Source of the DNA: Candidatus Latescibacterota bacterium
Lineage (GTDB): Bacteria; Latescibacterota; UBA2968; GCA-2709665
Assembly: GCA_965208835.1 (NCBI GenBank)
Contig: OZ242358.1
Location: 512,001-576,000, forward strand
Reading direction: 5' to 3'
DNA length: 64,000 nucleotides
The position numbers and the translations under genes are program-made. The notes under the pieces were generated by a model. That model saw only the letters and a program-made list of their open reading frames with translations, ran no database searches and was not told where the DNA came from. Below, in pieces: positions 30,855 through 40,820 of this stretch. How positions within the stretch are numbered: the first letter of the stretch is position 1; every line of letters begins with the position of its first letter.

Positions 30855-33569
30855 ATGCCGCTTCTCAACGTCGAACGCGCGCGCGAAAACGTGCGGCGCT
30901 ACACCTGGGCGCAGGCCATCGTCGAAGCCTGGAAGAAAGAGGTTGACTATATCGTCAGCCAGGACCGGGATTTCGTCGAGGCGATGATATCCGAACTCAC
31001 GCTCTGGCCGGAGTACGGCCAGAACTGTCCCGTCTGCGTGGACCGTCTCTCGTCCATGGGCGAGACCGGTATCTACGATTGGGACCCGGCCGATCCGGAT
31101 CGGCTCGTCTGCAAATACTGCGGAACGGAGTACCCCAACGCCGATTATCCGGAGACCGGCAGCGTTACCGCGCCCCGAATGAACCAGACATTCACCTTCT
31201 ATCTTACCGAGGCGGAACGCGCGCACCCCGAAGACAGATCGGGTGAACACGCGTTCAAATGGGTCAGATGGCCCGTGCATACAAGCTGGACCGGGGTCAT
31301 CCGCGCGAAGAAGGGCCGCTGGTGCTTCGAGAAGATATCTCCTCTCGCCAAGCTGTACGCACTCACAGGCGACGTCCGGTACGCGCAGATGAGCGCGTGG
31401 ATCATGGACTGTATGGCGCGGCGGTATTCCAACTGGTTGTTTCACTCCTACGATGGGACCGTTGCGGACTGTCCGCCGGCAGAGGCCGCGGCATCCATGG
31501 GAAAATATCCTCCCGCGGGCCGATTCCCTGTGGAAACCATCATCTCCGCCTTTGAGGGCCGACACCGGGTGGGTGACCACGCCGTACTCAACAACGGCTT
31601 CTGGGGCGCCGGACGCTTCGGGTGCAGCGGGTCCGACGGGTGGTACCTACTTGCGATCGTGCAGGCCTACGAACTGATCAGGAGCGCCCGGCAAGCGGAC
31701 GGTTCACCGGTCATCACGCCGGATATGGACCGGCGCATCGTGGACGACCTCATCCTGGCGGGCTGTGCAGACACCGAAAACTGGAATGACATCAACAACA
31801 AGTGCGGTCCCGGTCGCGCGCTCAGCGCCGCGGTGGGTATTCTCTTCGGCAAGCCGGAAAGCGTGCGCCGCGCTGTGGAGGGGTTCGAATTGCTGATGGA
31901 CGACGCCTTCCATTTCGACGGCTTCTGCACGGAGTCGCCGAGTTATTCGGCCATGCACCTCAACCAGTTGCGAGAGATTCCGGAACTGCTCGACGGGTAC
32001 TCCGACCCCGAGGGGTACGAACCGGGGACTGGCGCCGCCATGAAGAACCTGGATCCATTCCGGCACTTCGACCGCTACCGTCTGGCGCTGGAAAGCATGG
32101 TCCGCATGCTGGACCCGAACCTGCAGGAACCGGTTATCGGAGACTCCAGGGAAGGGCGGAGCATCGAACCCGTCTACGCCGAGACTCTCGCCGCCCATTA
32201 CGGCAGCCGCTACGCCGGTCTGGTGGAAGACTCACAGGGGGCGCCGTTGGCGGAGAAAGGGGAGGAATACGCCCTCTGGCATCGGGACCCCGATCTGAGA
32301 GCGGACGACGAGACCGGCCTGCCGCACCGTACGGAATGGTTTCCCGGCTGGCACGTTGGCGTTCTGCGAGCGGGAAATCCGCGGGGGCATACCGCTTTTT
32401 ATCTGAACGGCTACGCGTACGGCGGCCATCGCCACCGGGATACCCTGGGCATCATCTATATCGCCCATGGCCGGGAGATGGCGGCCGACAGGGGATATAT
32501 CTGGGACGACCCCAGAAACGCGTGGACCGGCAGCACGCTTGCTCACAACATCGTCACCGTGGACGGCCGTAGTCAGGCCGGCGACAACAAGCCCGCCGCG
32601 CTGGAACTGTTCGGAACGGGCGCAGGCGTTGAAGTCGTGCAGGCGTCCGCCGCACCATACGAACAGTGCGATCTGTACCGGCGCACCTGCGTGCTGGTCC
32701 AGGTCCCCGGTGATCAGACCTATGTCGTCGACCTGTTCCGGACCGCAGGGGGCGCCCTTCACCAGTACGGCTTTCACAGCAACGGCCGCCTCACGGGTAT
32801 TTTCGGCGCCGCCCCGGAACCCGACGACGATCAAATCGAATGGCTGTCCAATATCCGCGCGGCCCAACCCCGGGGTCCGTTCACCGCAACCTGGGACAAC
32901 AACGGCGTGGGAATTGAACTCACCCTGCTCAACCCCGTCCATCGCCTGCTGCTCGTGGACGCGCCGGGCTGGCGCTCGGACCTGGGGGAGGAACTCAACG
33001 CCCCGCCCGTGCAGCAGGTCCTGGCGGAACGCCGCGGCGATACAGACCTGAAGAGCGGATTTGCCGCGGTCATTTCACCATACACGGATCGTTCGCCCGT
33101 CCTCTCGTCCAGACTCGTGCTGGACGATGCGGACACGGGCGCGATGGCGGTCGCCGTCTGTCGTCAGGGATGTACGGACTACGTCTACTCCGCGCCGGAC
33201 GGCGGCGTCCACGACATCGGTCCGCTGTCCGTATCGGGCCGGTTCGCCTTTGCGTCCGTCGATGACGACGGCCGTCTGCTGCGCGCGTGTCTGCTTTGCG
33301 GCACCGAACTCCGCTGCAACGGGCACGCGCTGACCATCGACCGGGCGGCGGTCTCCCTGGATGTCGCCCGCGTCACCGATCGTACCTACCACCTGCGGAA
33401 CGCCGTCACCGATCCCGATACCCTTCCGGGCACCAATCTTCTGTGCGGCGATACCGGGTACGAAATCGAGGACGCCACCGAAGAATCCATCACGGTTCGG
33501 GATTACCCCGCCACAGAATGCGACACCGTCACGTTGCTGAAGTGCGTGGTGTACACATGTGACGACTGA
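30855..33569 (+). CDS. Heparinase II/III-like protein with an N-terminal CxxC...CxxC motif
   Basis: CPVC...CKYC, DGFCTESPSY, PVIGD, GGHRHRD, AHNIVTVDG. Confidence 0.8.
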   Translation: MPLLNVERARENVRRYTWAQAIVEAWKKEVDYIVSQDRDFVEAMISELTLWPEYGQNCPVCVDRLSSMGETGIYDWDPADPDRLVCKYCGTEYPNADYPETGSVTAPRMNQTFTFYLTEAERAHPEDRSGEHAFKWVRWPVHTSWTGVIRAKKGRWCFEKISPLAKLYALTGDVRYAQMSAWIMDCMARRYSNWLFHSYDGTVADCPPAEAAASMGKYPPAGRFPVETIISAFEGRHRVGDHAVLNNGFWGAGRFGCSGSDGWYLLAIVQAYELIRSARQADGSPVITPDMDRRIVDDLILAGCADTENWNDINNKCGPGRALSAAVGILFGKPESVRRAVEGFELLMDDAFHFDGFCTESPSYSAMHLNQLREIPELLDGYSDPEGYEPGTGAAMKNLDPFRHFDRYRLALESMVRMLDPNLQEPVIGDSREGRSIEPVYAETLAAHYGSRYAGLVEDSQGAPLAEKGEEYALWHRDPDLRADDETGLPHRTEWFPGWHVGVLRAGNPRGHTAFYLNGYAYGGHRHRDTLGIIYIAHGREMAADRGYIWDDPRNAWTGSTLAHNIVTVDGRSQAGDNKPAALELFGTGAGVEVVQASAAPYEQCDLYRRTCVLVQVPGDQTYVVDLFRTAGGALHQYGFHSNGRLTGIFGAAPEPDDDQIEWLSNIRAAQPRGPFTATWDNNGVGIELTLLNPVHRLLLVDAPGWRSDLGEELNAPPVQQVLAERRGDTDLKSGFAAVISPYTDRSPVLSSRLVLDDADTGAMAVAVCRQGCTDYVYSAPDGGVHDIGPLSVSGRFAFASVDDDGRLLRACLLCGTELRCNGHALTIDRAAVSLDVARVTDRTYHLRNAVTDPDTLPGTNLLCGDTGYEIEDATEESITVRDYPATECDTVTLLKCVVYTCDD

Positions 33570-33601
33570 CGTCAGCGCGGTGACCTCTCTCCCTGGCTCC
33601 T

Positions 33602-33742
33602 CAGAAGTGGCGAGAGGTGAGACGGGAGAGGGGAGAGATAACCTGCCTTGTAAGGTCTCTACTCGTGCCGGAGGCAAGAAGGAAGAAAATACCCGGCAAG
33701 GGCTTCTTCTACCGTCTACCCTCTTACCTCTACCCGCCTTTA
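33602..33742. mobile_element. ~140-bp heptamer-armed MITE-like repeat, copy C
   Basis: CAGAAGTGGCGAGAGGTGAGACGG...TCGTGCCGGAGGCAAG...CGGCAAGG...CCCGCCTTTA. The terminal TTA is the stop codon of the convergent gene. Confidence 0.75.
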
Positions 33743-34591
33743 TTGCAGATTCACAAAACCCGATAACGCCCGCTTCTGTCCGGCCATGTCCAGAATCCTG
33801 CGGATGATCAGGCTCTCCTTCCTGTCGATGCCGGGTTCTCCGGATTCGAACAGGTCCAGCACGGCATCCGCGGTATTCAGAAAGATGCGGCCGGAGTCGA
33901 CCTGGAAGTACCGCGTCGCTTTGGCGGTGGTCACCGAAGCGGCAAAGGGTGTACTCGACCCGGCATATACGTTCACCACCGCGGTACGTCCTCCCGTGTA
34001 ATCCAGCAGCAGTTGTGACTGTCTTCCCGACCCCCGGCGCATGACCCGGCGCACGCCCGGTCCCAAACAGCTGACGGCCAGTTCAAGGGGATGGATCGCG
34101 TATTCTCCGAATGACCTGCCGCCGCCCCAGGTGACCATGTGCCGGACCTGGCTGTGCCCGACGGCTTCCACGTAGCCCTGCACTTCGGTATAGCGCAGCG
34201 CTGAGCTTGTCTGCATGGGCACCCGATGCCTGTCGGCGAGCGCGAAGATCCGTCTGGCCGTGCGCAGGTCCGGGGCAAAGGTTTTGTCCACGTACGTGGG
34301 TTTTCCGAAAAGAAATACCTGTTCGCACAGCTCGAGGTGCGTCTCCGGGGTGGAAGGCGCCAGTACCATGAAACAGTCCACCGCCTCGTTCAACCCGTCC
34401 GCGTTGGAGAACCAGGCAACGCCGTTCGCCTCGGCCCACTTCCTGCCGACTCTCGGACGCAACCCCGTGCACCCCGCCACCACGAAACCCCTATGCTTCA
34501 GTTCGTTCCGGAGCAGTTTCAGGTAGACGTTGGCGTGGAAGTTCTCCAGATTGTCATCCACAAACCCGATCCGTTTCTCTCCACCTGTCAT
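33740..34591 (-). CDS. Gfo/Idh/MocA-like oxidoreductase (short, divergent)
   Basis: PETHL, GKPTYVDKTFA, SSALRY, YAIHPLE. Confidence 0.75.
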   Translation of the reverse strand: MTGGEKRIGFVDDNLENFHANVYLKLLRNELKHRGFVVAGCTGLRPRVGRKWAEANGVAWFSNADGLNEAVDCFMVLAPSTPETHLELCEQVFLFGKPTYVDKTFAPDLRTARRIFALADRHRVPMQTSSALRYTEVQGYVEAVGHSQVRHMVTWGGGRSFGEYAIHPLELAVSCLGPGVRRVMRRGSGRQSQLLLDYTGGRTAVVNVYAGSSTPFAASVTTAKATRYFQVDSGRIFLNTADAVLDLFESGEPGIDRKESLIIRRILDMAGQKRALSGFVNLQ

Positions 34592-34607
34592 TCTTCCGAC
34601 CTCCCGT

Positions 34608-35642
34608 CTACGGCCACTCGGGCGCATCCGCAACGCGCACGATGCCGCCGTTCTCGATGGACTGGTGCCAGGCGTCCAGCACGGCCGTGGCGCGCCACCC
34701 GTCCAGCGCCGTCACAAAGGGCGCGCGATCCTCGATGACGGCGTCGACAAAGCTGTTCACGCACGACGGAAACGCCCCTACCCACTTGTCGAACACCCGG
34801 TAGTTCAGCAACGACCGCGGCCACTTGAATTTCTCCTCCGTACTCATTTCGATCGCCTCGGCCTTCCGGTCCAGATTAACGTGGCCCCTCTCTCCGATCA
34901 CCTGCATGAAGGAATCCGGCATCGACGGATGGGTATTGGGGTAGATCCAGGCCGACTCGAACGTGGCGACGGACCCGCCGTCGAACTTCACGAGCCCCTG
35001 CATCATGTCGTACGCATCGATTCCCCTGGCCGCCAGCACCTCTTTGATCCCGTAGCCGTGGACCTCGACGGGACTCTGATCGAACCACCAGCATATCAGG
35101 TCGATATCGTGCGCCGACAGGAACCAGGCCGGCGAAGACTTCGCGGACCATGGCAACATCTCGGTCGGCACGGATATGGGGTTGTTCTTGCGCGCGTAGC
35201 CCATCAGCGGCCTGCCGATTTCCCCGTCACGGATCATGTTCCACGTGGCATTGTACGGCGCCAGCCACCGGTGATTGTACGAGACTTGTAGCTTCAGTCC
35301 TGTGCGTTTCACGGCATCCACGATCTCGGTGGCTTCTTCGAGGTCGGTTGTCATCGGCTTCTCGACGTGTACGTGACAACCCGCCTCCAGGCATGCGATG
35401 ACCGGGTCCCGGTGCGCCCAGTCAGGCGTGGCGATATAGACGATGTCCAGCGTCTCATTCTCCAGCATCTCGTGATAGTTCCCATACCCGGCGGAAACCG
35501 AAAACTCGTCCTGCGCCCTGCCCAGCTTTTCCGCGTCCAGCGTACAGAATGCCGCCAGCTCAACCAGCGGGTTCCGGTGCAGGACCTGCGTCACGCTGTT
35601 GCCCATAATGCCAAGGCCGATCACACCTGCGCGCTGCTTCAT
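34608..35642 (-). CDS. Gfo/Idh/MocA family oxidoreductase
   Basis: GVIGLGIMG, IATPDWAH, VEKP, HDIDL. Confidence 0.92.
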   Translation of the reverse strand: MKQRAGVIGLGIMGNSVTQVLHRNPLVELAAFCTLDAEKLGRAQDEFSVSAGYGNYHEMLENETLDIVYIATPDWAHRDPVIACLEAGCHVHVEKPMTTDLEEATEIVDAVKRTGLKLQVSYNHRWLAPYNATWNMIRDGEIGRPLMGYARKNNPISVPTEMLPWSAKSSPAWFLSAHDIDLICWWFDQSPVEVHGYGIKEVLAARGIDAYDMMQGLVKFDGGSVATFESAWIYPNTHPSMPDSFMQVIGERGHVNLDRKAEAIEMSTEEKFKWPRSLLNYRVFDKWVGAFPSCVNSFVDAVIEDRAPFVTALDGWRATAVLDAWHQSIENGGIVRVADAPEWP

Positions 35643-35711
35643 ATGCTTCCCTCCTTAACTCTCAATCCTGTCCATCCAGGTTTACCCCGGTTCCCTAATT
35701 GAACGAGCTGA

Positions 35712-38700
35712 TCAAAACGCCTCAAATACCATCGGCCGTACCACACACGCGTCCCCCGGACCCAGATCGTAGATCAACGGCAGGTCGTCCGGCGCGCCGG
35801 GCCACGGAATCGGATCGCGCAGCACGAACCTGTGCCCGCCTTCCTCGCGCGGTATCACCCGCTCGATGGTGTGGAGCCGTTCTTTATAGGCCAGTCGTGC
35901 GCCTTTCAGGTAGTGGCATCCCGAGTCTTCGGTATCCTCCCATTCCCGGTGAATCCACGTCCTGGTGAGCAAGCCGTCCTCCGTCTCCGCTTCCACAACG
36001 AAACGTCCGATGTGCAGTCGCTCCGCGTCCAGCGAACACTGCCATCCGTCGCCCGACGCTTCGACCGACTTGATGGGGAAGTTGCATCCGTGTGGCGGGT
36101 TCGACACCATCAGCGTCTCGCCCGCGGGAGGCGCTTCGCCGGTCTCAGATGTCACCGTCACCCGGCAGTCTTCGGCGTCGATTCCCGCAATTCGTCCTCG
36201 CCACGTGCCGGTACCCTCCACCTCCACGCCATCGGACTTCAACCGCCTTCCCGCCAGGCATGCCCACAAAGGGCGGCCGTTCGCGTCCAGTGTCAACACA
36301 CCGAACCCCCCGTCCAGCTCAAGTCCTTCATCAAAGACCGACACGCCCTCGTCCGCCAGGGCACCGAGCAGATAGCATTTTCCACCCTGCCAGGAAATCT
36401 CGAGTCCGATCGCATCTTCGCCTTTGAGCACGTCCAGGCGCCTGACGCCCGTCAATTGAGGGTGGCTCCGATAGGCTTCGCAGACAACGGCGAACAGGCT
36501 GTTCAGGGCGTCCTGCCGGCGGCCTGCCCGATTTCGCAGGAGGACGTAGTCCAGGTGTTCGGCCGCGCCCGGCTTGTTGGGCGGCCTGCCGTGGGCCGTG
36601 ATGATTTCCTGCGCGACGCCCCCCGGGACGATTATGCGCAGTCCCATCTCCTCATCCCGCCAATCGGCCTGGAACTCGCCCGCCGGCCGCCCGCGCTTCA
36701 CGTCATAAAGGTAGGAAAAGCCGCTTCCCCGGTACGAGTGATAACTGCGTTTGCCGTCTGTCCCCGGCAGCCCCGGCAGGCTGGCGTGCCGTTCCAGTTC
36801 GGGATCGTCGTACAGCTTCCGGAACGGAACCGCCGGCCCCGCCAGCGTGCCGCCCTCCTGCGCTTGAAACGCCACACCCCGGGTTGAAAACGCTCCGTTG
36901 AACCCGTGGAATGAATAGTCGTGCGCCCAGCCGCCCCTGACGTGGAAGAGGTCCACCAGGACCTGCAGGTCGGGCGCCAGTTCCAGCAGCGTCACCCCCC
37001 GGCGATACACGTCCGCATCCAGGTAGGCCCGTGGCGCGGAAAGCTCCACGTGCTGCACGTGCGGGGCGGTCCCGAAGCGTTCCAGCCGGCCCTCGTCGGC
37101 CGTGTCCTGCCTGCTCTCGTTCACCACCACGGTGACGTGGCTGGCGGTATTCTTCTCCCAGGCCGGCGGGTCCGGATGTTCGGCGGCGTGGGTGGGATAG
37201 CCCGTATCGGGCACGACCCGTTTGTTGCCCGCGATGACCTCCAGGTTCAACCGGTCCCGATGCGCGTGGCCGGCGTTGGCGTGCCCGTACTGAAGCACCG
37301 CCGCCAGCTGGTTCTCCGCTCTGCCGCTGCGCAGGATCACAAATCCCGTTCCGCCGAGATTATCGCTCGTTTCCGGCCACTTCGGCAGGTCGCCCGCGGC
37401 ACGCTCCAGTTCGGCTTTAGTCAGCGGTACTTCGAACAGGTCATCGTAACTCCTGAACCCGCTTTCACCGGTCCCGCCCTCGTTCAGAAGCGCGCGTGCG
37501 TACTCCGGCCATCCGTAACCCCGGTAAAATCGCTGAAGCGATGAATTGTCCAGCAATGGATAGGTCACCCCGGAGCCCGTATCCGCGATTGACGGCATCA
37601 TTCCGCCCCAACACGCAAGCCGCCGGGACCAGCTGCCCAGCGAACGCACGTGTTGCCCGGGCAGCCGGCGCTTGCCCAGCCGTTTCAGTACCAGGTCCGT
37701 ATCCAGCATATATCGCGTCCAGCAGCCCGCCGAATAGCCGATCGCCACCTCGAATGAGACCCCGTCACGAAAGAGGAAATTGTCCAGCGCGTGGTCCCAT
37801 CCCTCCACGCCGTACGCCCAGACTTCCGTGGTCGGCCCGCATCCCGTGAATGTCTCAAGTTTCTCGATCGCCCAATCCGTAAATGCGTCGTCGTCGATGA
37901 CCACCAGCGCCTTTACCGCGGAGGCCTGGTGAAGTCCGTAGTTGCCCCGGATCTTTCCCTCCCAGATATCCCGCACCGACTGCCGCACCATGTTGTCTTC
38001 CACGTGCCGGATCAACGCTTCGGGTTCCTTTTTCAGAAATTCATGGATTTCAGTCTCGGACTGCAATGCCGGATACAGATTGTCGTACGCTTCGGCGTAG
38101 AGCCCGATGTTGAACGACTCCTGAACGGCGTAGAGAAAACGCCCTGTATATCCGACCTGATAATTCAGGCCGTACCAGGACTGGGAGGCGTGGTCCATGG
38201 TCGGAAAGAGTGCGGCCATCCTGTCCAGCAGGATCGCGCCCTTCCGGCCGTACCGCGCGTCTCCGGTGATCAGATACGCGCGCCCGAGGTCCTGAAGCGC
38301 CGGGATCAACCGGTGCCAGAGGCTGAAACAGTAATGCGCCACAAACCAGAACCGGGACCGCCCGTCCCCGGGGTCCCATCCCTTCCCGTCGTCCGGGTAA
38401 TCGCCGGTAAGCAGCGTGCGGTCCCCCGTCCGGTAATACGCCATGAAGTCGTTCGAGGGGTACTCCTCGCCGCCCACGGCGCACCTGATTTTCCAGGGAC
38501 GATTGAAAATATCCACCTGCCAGGGGCCGCCCGGCGCCTGAAATACCGCCTCTCTGTGGACCGGACACCCGTCGAAAGACGGCAGGAACCCGCGGTAGAT
38601 GTCCGCCGGGGGCGGCAGATCGCGAACATAGGCGTCATCCAGCTTCGCCCAGACCTCCGCCCTGCCGACAATTTCATCGGCGATCTTCCTCGCGGCCGGA

Positions 38701-38768
38701 TACCGCGCCACGTGGTCCTTCATCCTGCGGACGTCGTCGTCCGTATGCAGCGTGCGTCCGGTCTTCAT
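35712..38768 (-). CDS. Heparinase II/III-like protein
   Basis: Start MKTGRTL (ATG 38768, GAGAGG RBS); CPVH...CAVG, GNYGLH, DGVSFEVAIGY, AGHAHRDRL, SHVTVVVNE. Confidence 0.8.
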   Translation of the reverse strand: MKTGRTLHTDDDVRRMKDHVARYPAARKIADEIVGRAEVWAKLDDAYVRDLPPPADIYRGFLPSFDGCPVHREAVFQAPGGPWQVDIFNRPWKIRCAVGGEEYPSNDFMAYYRTGDRTLLTGDYPDDGKGWDPGDGRSRFWFVAHYCFSLWHRLIPALQDLGRAYLITGDARYGRKGAILLDRMAALFPTMDHASQSWYGLNYQVGYTGRFLYAVQESFNIGLYAEAYDNLYPALQSETEIHEFLKKEPEALIRHVEDNMVRQSVRDIWEGKIRGNYGLHQASAVKALVVIDDDAFTDWAIEKLETFTGCGPTTEVWAYGVEGWDHALDNFLFRDGVSFEVAIGYSAGCWTRYMLDTDLVLKRLGKRRLPGQHVRSLGSWSRRLACWGGMMPSIADTGSGVTYPLLDNSSLQRFYRGYGWPEYARALLNEGGTGESGFRSYDDLFEVPLTKAELERAAGDLPKWPETSDNLGGTGFVILRSGRAENQLAAVLQYGHANAGHAHRDRLNLEVIAGNKRVVPDTGYPTHAAEHPDPPAWEKNTASHVTVVVNESRQDTADEGRLERFGTAPHVQHVELSAPRAYLDADVYRRGVTLLELAPDLQVLVDLFHVRGGWAHDYSFHGFNGAFSTRGVAFQAQEGGTLAGPAVPFRKLYDDPELERHASLPGLPGTDGKRSYHSYRGSGFSYLYDVKRGRPAGEFQADWRDEEMGLRIIVPGGVAQEIITAHGRPPNKPGAAEHLDYVLLRNRAGRRQDALNSLFAVVCEAYRSHPQLTGVRRLDVLKGEDAIGLEISWQGGKCYLLGALADEGVSVFDEGLELDGGFGVLTLDANGRPLWACLAGRRLKSDGVEVEGTGTWRGRIAGIDAEDCRVTVTSETGEAPPAGETLMVSNPPHGCNFPIKSVEASGDGWQCSLDAERLHIGRFVVEAETEDGLLTRTWIHREWEDTEDSGCHYLKGARLAYKERLHTIERVIPREEGGHRFVLRDPIPWPGAPDDLPLIYDLGPGDACVVRPMVFEAF

Positions 38769-38845
38769 TCCAACATTCCTCTCGGTTCCGTCGAAGTCAA
38801 CGTAAAATTCCTTGGCAGCAAAGTACAAAGGAAGGGGCCAAAACG

Positions 38846-38882
38846 AAAAAAAGAAAAAGACCCGGCCGAATGCGGCCGAGTC
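38846..38882 (-). terminator. Intrinsic terminator
   Basis: GACTCGGCCG-CATT-CGGCCGGGTC followed by TTTTTCTTTTTTT on the minus strand. Confidence 0.75.
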
Positions 38883-39188
38883 GATTGCAATGGGGCTTTG
38901 CATATGCCACTCTGTGGTGCAAGACACGGATGCCTGAGCAAGCCGCGGCACCTACGTAATATGACGTAATGCATTGTCTTGCATGTTCAGCAGGGTTCCG
39001 GCGTCGGTTGGAAAAACAACGTCGAGACTTAAGTCGCGGGTACGTGAAGTTGCTCTGGCAGTGATCACAAGGCGGGAAAATGCCGCGGGTATTGTGTTGG
39101 AGGGACTGTTTGAGGCGACCGCGGCGGAACCGACGGATCGGCTGCGGACGCTCGTTGGAACCGAAAGATCCATGTCAGAAAGCGTCCG

Positions 39189-39302
39189 TCATTCAGACGA
39201 TCTGTACGATTGTCCTGATCGCAGCTTCGTCTTCGTATCGGCCCTTACAGGAGCAAATCCGGCAAGGGTCGCGATCAATGCGCCGGTGATCCAATTTCTC
39301 AT
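39189..39302 (-). pseudogene. Frameshifted, truncated remnant of a secreted protein (possibly SnoaL/NTF2-like)
   Basis: RBS plus signal peptide MRNWITGALIATLAGFAPVRA. A shifted frame reads DEAAIRTIVQ and then stops. Confidence 0.45.
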
Positions 39303-39314
39303 GCTTGACCCCCT

Positions 39315-40265
39315 CTACTGCAGCGTCCGGCCGAAATGATCCGCCACTGCATCGCCGGCTTTCTTCACGGCGTCGGGATCGTCATAGAAATCGAACTGCG
39401 TGACGTTTTTCAGCCAAAGCTCAGCGATGTTGCGTCCCATGCGTCGGGCGTATTCCCGGGCCCCTTGCGGAATGGCAGCAGCTTCAGAGTGCACAAGAAA
39501 CGTGGGTTTTGCAAGTTCGTCTGCCGTTTGGATCGCATCATACGTTAGCCAGCCTTCCCAGGACGCGACATTGAATCTGTTATCGTATTCCGGGATTAAA
39601 CCGCGATCCTCTTCGGTATAATACGGCACTTGATACATCACGGCTTTTTCGTTGGTTGTGCTGGCTGCTTCCAGAATGACAGGTTTCGCAGCTTGCTCCG
39701 CCTCGCGGCTGGCCTGGACAAGACGGTTCATTCCTTCGTCACCGCCATAAACCGCCTTGACGATTGGTGCATTGTGCAGCCATGGCGCCACAAGAGCCAG
39801 TGATTTTAAATGGCCATTGGCATGAGCCGCATCGCTCATGTACCCGGAAGAGGCGCAAATCCCCAATCCGCCGATCCGCTCGTTATCCACCTCGGGCCGA
39901 GTGGCCAGGTAGTTTACGGCAGCGTTAATGTCTGCGGTTTTGCGCTGGGGGTCTTCCAGATACCGGATCGTGTCCTGCGATTCGCCCCATCCCCGAAAGT
40001 CGAAGGTCAGAGCCGCATAGCCTCTTTGGGCCATTGCCGCCGCATATGTCCCTGCCATTTGTTCCTTGACTGTCGTCCAGGCACCTGTGACGACCACGCC
40101 GGGCAACTTCTGACCATCCGAATAATCACCGGGCAGGTACAGGTCGCCTACGAGAGTTTGACCCTCGCTCAGAAACGTGACGCGCTTCACTGTCGCAGTC
40201 TCCGAGTGGGCGTGACTGAATTGAGCGCCTGCAATGAGAGCAAGCGCGATGAGAAGTCTCCCCAT
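39315..40265 (-). CDS. Secreted alpha/beta hydrolase
   Basis: Signal peptide; GAWTTVKEQ, FDFRGWGES, nucleophile elbow GICASSG. Confidence 0.88.
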   Translation of the reverse strand: MGRLLIALALIAGAQFSHAHSETATVKRVTFLSEGQTLVGDLYLPGDYSDGQKLPGVVVTGAWTTVKEQMAGTYAAAMAQRGYAALTFDFRGWGESQDTIRYLEDPQRKTADINAAVNYLATRPEVDNERIGGLGICASSGYMSDAAHANGHLKSLALVAPWLHNAPIVKAVYGGDEGMNRLVQASREAEQAAKPVILEAASTTNEKAVMYQVPYYTEEDRGLIPEYDNRFNVASWEGWLTYDAIQTADELAKPTFLVHSEAAAIPQGAREYARRMGRNIAELWLKNVTQFDFYDDPDAVKKAGDAVADHFGRTLQ

Positions 40266-40820
40266 GGAATCGGCTCCTTTTTCTAGGGATTCTCGTTGGC
40301 TATTGTTGCTTTTATTTCGTTCAATCTTATCAATATGAAAATCACTCTATATTCCCTTATTGATACCAGACCCGAATCGTCCATAAAAGTTGTATTTCCA
40401 ATACCCAAGTCACTATATTATCGTAACATTACTCACCGTAACACAATGACAAAGGAGGAAAATTCCGGGGCGGTTCAAGATAAACATCGCCGGCTGTCTT
40501 TCGCAAGTCTTTCCTGTAAACCGAAAGAGGCCATCTCTGACGGGGGCGTGTTCTGAATGGGCTCTTCGCCAACACGTTGATCGTCCCGAGATGTTCCTCA
40601 GTCGGCTGGAAGCCTTGCATCAACCCTACCATAACCTTGTCACAATCGCTTCGAATGATTGGTATAATGTGTTCAGGGATTTGATGGTATCGAGTGGATT
40701 TCTGAACAATATCCGTGAGTTCTTTGGCGACATGAAATGAAGCGTTTGCTGCTTCGCGAGATCGGCGATCGCTATACATCAGGCAGCGTTCGCAGATCAC
40801 GGATTCAACCCATTCCCGCC

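Noticed and set aside
38769-38951. N-terminal extension of the 1079-aa ORF
   Set aside because: It runs through a terminator and poly-T tract. ATG 38768 has an RBS.
40429-40800. 123-aa minus-strand ORF
   Set aside because: It has no recognisable motif or RBS. It may be a gene fragment but cannot be supported.
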